A model generated the notes under the pieces. The model saw only the letters and a list, made by a program, of their open reading frames with translations, was not told the origin of the DNA and did not search any database. The position numbers were made by a program, and so were the translations under genes. A stretch of 63,259 nucleotides of DNA, counting the filler, from Octopus bimaculoides (lineage: Eukaryota): the NCBI RefSeq assembly GCF_001194135.2. It is 5 parts of 5 records of this genome, joined end to end, with 100 filler letters (N's around TTAATTAATTAA, not from the genome) between each part and the next. Parts side by side here need not be neighbours in the genome. Positions count along the whole stretch, not along the records: positions 59,243 to 61,771 come from NW_026376616.1; positions 61,872 to 63,259 come from NW_026348412.1; 3 more parts are not named here. One strand, 5' to 3'. Position 1 is the first letter of the stretch. Each line of letters begins with the position of its first letter. Below, piece by piece: positions 59,790-63,259 of the stretch.

Positions 59790-61720
59790 GTCCCCTCCAC
59801 TACATTTGGTACCTATGGAGACGAACGGCTGGGGTCCATACGGAGACTTTAGAGCCCTCAACAACACTACTGTGGCTGACACCTACCCCATACCACACTT
59901 GCATGACTTTTCTTGTTCGCTGAACGGAGCACGGATTTTTTCTAAAATCGACCTAGTACGGCCCTACAATCGGATCTATTTCAAAACGGGGGCACCAGTT
60001 TTCATTTATGCTTTATGTAGTGTTTTTGGTACCGAAAGACTTTCAAACTTCGTATACTTATCTATTTTGTGTTATAGAACAGAAAAAAATTTTTGCATTC
60101 GAATTTATTTCATGTAAAAAATTGTCTTATTTCGATAATTTCTACTAATCACTGACGTCTATTCAGTTGAAAACAGTTAGCGCTGTAACGGTGTATATCG
60201 TATTAATCCCCTAACCCTAACTCTAGAATCCGAACTCTAAAATTGTTGCACACATAGATACGCACAGCGTAATTTATTATATAAACAATATATGCGTATA
60301 AATTACGATTAAACCGGATGAAATATGTCACAGGGAATAACATTTTTATGACCGCACAGCAGTAACTCTGTTCAGCTGAATAGACGTCAGTGATTGGTTG
60401 AAATTACAGAAATACGACAACTTTAACATGGAATAACTTGCGATGTACGTTTTTTTGTTAAGACGACTAAGAGTAAAAGATGTTTTATATGACACATTCT
60501 ACCATTGTCCCAAGTTTCAAAGTGTTTCGTTAGTGTTTCGTTAAGAAAATACTGGTGCCCCCGTTTTGAAATAGATCCCTACAATCAGCTACCCGTCGAA
60601 CCTTCCGATGTTCCAAAAACGGCAATTGACACGCCCTTCGGAGTTTTTGCAGATGCCTTTCGGTCTCCGTAACGCAACGCAGATATTCCTGCGCTTTATG
60701 GATACCGTTACAAAGGGCTTACCGTTCGTGTAGGAGTACATCGACGATATACTGGTAGCAAGCAAATCCGAAGCCGACTACGTCATCGTAATCAACTCCA
60801 GTAAATGTATTTTTGGTGTCTCGTCTCTGCCATTCCTCGGCTACATTGTTGACAAGGACGGAATCTGGCCCCTATCCCAAAAGGTGGAGGCAATAGTCGA
60901 TTTCCCTATTCCTACGTCCCTTCGGAAACTCCGCGAATATTTGGGATTAATTAACTTCTACCGGCGTTTCCTACCACATTGCGCCGAAGTAGCTCAACCA
61001 CTTACAGATGTCCTGCGCAACAAAACAGAGACAGACTATAACGCTAGGCGACGAAGAGCTGGCTTCCTTCAATAAACTAAAGGATATGCTAGCTATGGCC
61101 ATGATGCTGGTCTACCCCAAACCTGGTGCTCCATTCAGTTTGTTGGTTGACGCTTTCATGTCCGGAGCCAGTGGTGTTCTTCAGCAGTTGATTGATGGTG
61201 TTTGGCAAGCGTTATCATTTTTCTCCAAGCGACTTAAACCTGCGGAGATGAAATACAGTACTTTTGGACGTGAGCTACTGGCTGTGTATCTGTCCGTAAA
61301 ACACTTCCGCCATATGCTAGAAGGGTCCGTTTTCAGCATATACACGGACCGTAAACCGCTAGTATATGCCTACAGGAAGAGACCTGACTACTATTCTACC
61401 ATAGAAGTCCGTCACCTCGAATTCATCGCCCAATATTCCACGGATATTCAGCATATCAAAGGCTCAGACAACACAGCAGCAGACGCGCTTTCACGCGTCC
61501 ATCTTAACGCTCTGCACGTTCCAGAGATTATCGATCTTCAGCTGATCGCGGCAGATCAGGAAAAACGACGAAGAGGTTAATAAACTCCGGAATTCGTCGT
61601 CCCTCGAGTTCCATCTGTTCCCATTATCTTCGTCTACCTGTCAGATATGGTGCCATACCTCCACTGGTCACGAACGCCCTTATGTCCCCGAACAACACCG
61701 ACGATGTATTTTCATAGTCG
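59790..61720 (+). pseudogene. Ty3/Gypsy LTR-retrotransposon pol remnant (RT, RNase H, start of integrase), interrupted by a MITE
   Basis: SPLHLVP, GDFRALN, YPIP, FSKIDLVR, KTAIxTPFG, YIDDILV, FLGY, FLGLINFYRRF, DA..GxL.Q, FFSKRL, RELLA, YTDRKPL, NTAADALSR and TGHERPYVP; stops and deletions present; no LTR identified. Confidence 0.95.
59972..60578. mobile_element. 607-bp MITE with 28-bp perfect TIRs and 8-bp TSD (Merlin-like)
   Basis: TIR ggatctatttcaaaacgggggcaccagt (59972-59999) and its exact reverse complement (60551-60578); TSD ctacaatc at 59964-71 and 60579-86. Confidence 0.9.
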
Positions 61721-62189
61721 ACCATCGCCGTCCATAGCACCACTGACGACGACAACAACACTGACACCGCCNNNNNNNNNNNNNNNNNNNNNNNNNNNNN
61801 NNNNNNNNNNNNNNNTTAATTAATTAANNNNNNNNNNNNNNNNNNNNNNNNNNNNNNNNNNNNNNNNNNNNTTTTTTTTTTTTTTTTGCAGTTGTCTTAA
61901 TTGACATCATAATGTGTAGGAAATGCATTTTGTCAATGGAAAATGGAGGAGGTGGGGTTGAGTGAAACCTCGGAAATTCCCCTTTCTGGCCCTGATTTCA
62001 CTGAGAAAAAACTTTTTCAGAATTTTTTTTTTTTTATCATCTTAATTGACCTCATTATGTACATTTTTTCTGTGGAAAACGGAGAGGATGGGTGGGGTGT
62101 ACCTCCAAGCGTTTTTTTTTTGTTGTTATCTTACTTGACCTTGTAATACACTGTGAATGAATTTTTGCCATAAGGGGAGGTAATTTACA

Positions 62190-62520
62190 AAGATATGCCA
62201 CCAGCACAGGTGCTTTTATGAGTTACAAGTACAGGTGCCAGTTACGTGATACCAGCATCAGCTACAACTATGATTTCACTTGGCTTGATAAATCTTCTTA
62301 AGCACAGCATATCTCCAAAGGTCTCAGTCACTTCTCATTGCCTCCGTGAGGCCCACATTTGACGATCATACTTCACTACCTCATTCTGTGTCTTTCTGGG
62401 TCTACCTCTTTCACAGGTTCTCCCCAGTTTGAGATCAGCACTTCTATACACAGCTGTCCTCATCTATATGCATCACATGACCATATTAGTGCAGTCATCT
62501 CTCTTGTGCACCACATCTGA
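62190..62520 (-). mobile_element. RTE-LINE ORF C-terminus and start of the 3' UTR
   Basis: Minus strand resembles RCGAQERxLxWYGHVM...RGRPRKT...DLWRYAVLKKIYQAK*. Confidence 0.8.
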
Positions 62521-63219
62521 TATATAAACAAATGGACTGAGGTTCACTACAGCTGTTTCAAACATGTTTTTTACTGATGAACAAATCAATTACATCATGT
62601 AAAAAAACAGTTTTCTTCGTGTGAAATAAAATTTAACATATAGGATTTTTCACACAAATAGTATAGGACGAATACTGACTCTCTCATCTCAATGTCAATT
62701 GATAGAGTAAACTGAGGAAGGCTATTTTGATGTTAAATATATGTGGTATTAAATCAGTCAACACCTCCATTGAATGGAGAAGAAGGAAAAAAAAATTCAC
62801 ATTCAATTCACAAGCTGGTGCCAGTTACTAGATAAAATAGATGGAGTGGCTTAATGAGTTTGCATATGTGCTGTGAAGACAAACAGAACTTTCAATAAGA
62901 TAAAGAAATATAAATATAAAATAGAANNNNNNNNNNGACAAACAGAACTTTCAATAAGATAAAGAAATATAAATATAAAATAGAATAATCACTATAAGGA
63001 AATGATAAAAAAAAGCAATAAAATAAAATTGAATACATAGATACACAGATATGCATGTATACAATCTATAGCATTGAAGTAGATCCAACCACTCCTGTTA
63101 AGAGGGATGAAACCCCAGACTGAAAATGATGTATGTATACAAGTAGGAACAGCTTAAACCCATAAGCACTCACACACTCATAAAAACACCACATATGTAG
63201 ACATGTCTCTATATATGCA

Positions 63220-63259
<40 letters not shown>

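Noticed and set aside
62545-62582. GAAACAGCTGTA on the minus strand and ctgatga on the plus strand
   Set aside because: The two hammerhead halves are on opposite strands, so no core can form.
62878-62985. 49-bp perfect tandem duplication around 10 Ns
   Set aside because: Classic unmerged contig overlap.

Overview
AT-rich, microsatellite- and repeat-dense animal genomic DNA with many N gaps. The SINE, RTE-LINE and MITE families match what I recall from octopus (coleoid cephalopod) genomes; this species call is recognition, not a database hit. The only host gene I can support is on the + strand: five internal coding exons (3574-3707, 10160-10288, 14703-14866, 21340-21424, 24235-24369) that splice in frame into about 215 aa resembling the EF-hand-to-GAF region of EFCAB5. 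Only one of these exons appears in the ORF track on the + strand with its acceptor-proximal frame. I found no start, no stop and no further exon in the last 39 kb. The rest is intronic or intergenic: at least three tRNA-derived SINE families, RTE and CR1/L2-type LINE remnants, a Penelope-like element, Helitrons, Tc1/mariner elements, piggyBac-, hAT- and Merlin-type MITEs, and a decayed Ty3/Gypsy pol. The most interesting signals are: (1) a dispersed set of minimal type I hammerhead ribozyme motifs, one nearly intact and tandemly repeated, several next to (TA)n tracts; (2) a doubly truncated RTE fragment inserted with no TSD into a Penelope ORF that rejoins in frame; (3) a GG-ended MITE with an 8-bp TSD interrupting Gypsy RT; (4) a piggyBac-type MITE with a CTAG rather than TTAA target duplication; (5) near-perfect inverted-repeat pairs that could form dsRNA. 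TE boundaries are approximate unless TIR or TSD coordinates are given.
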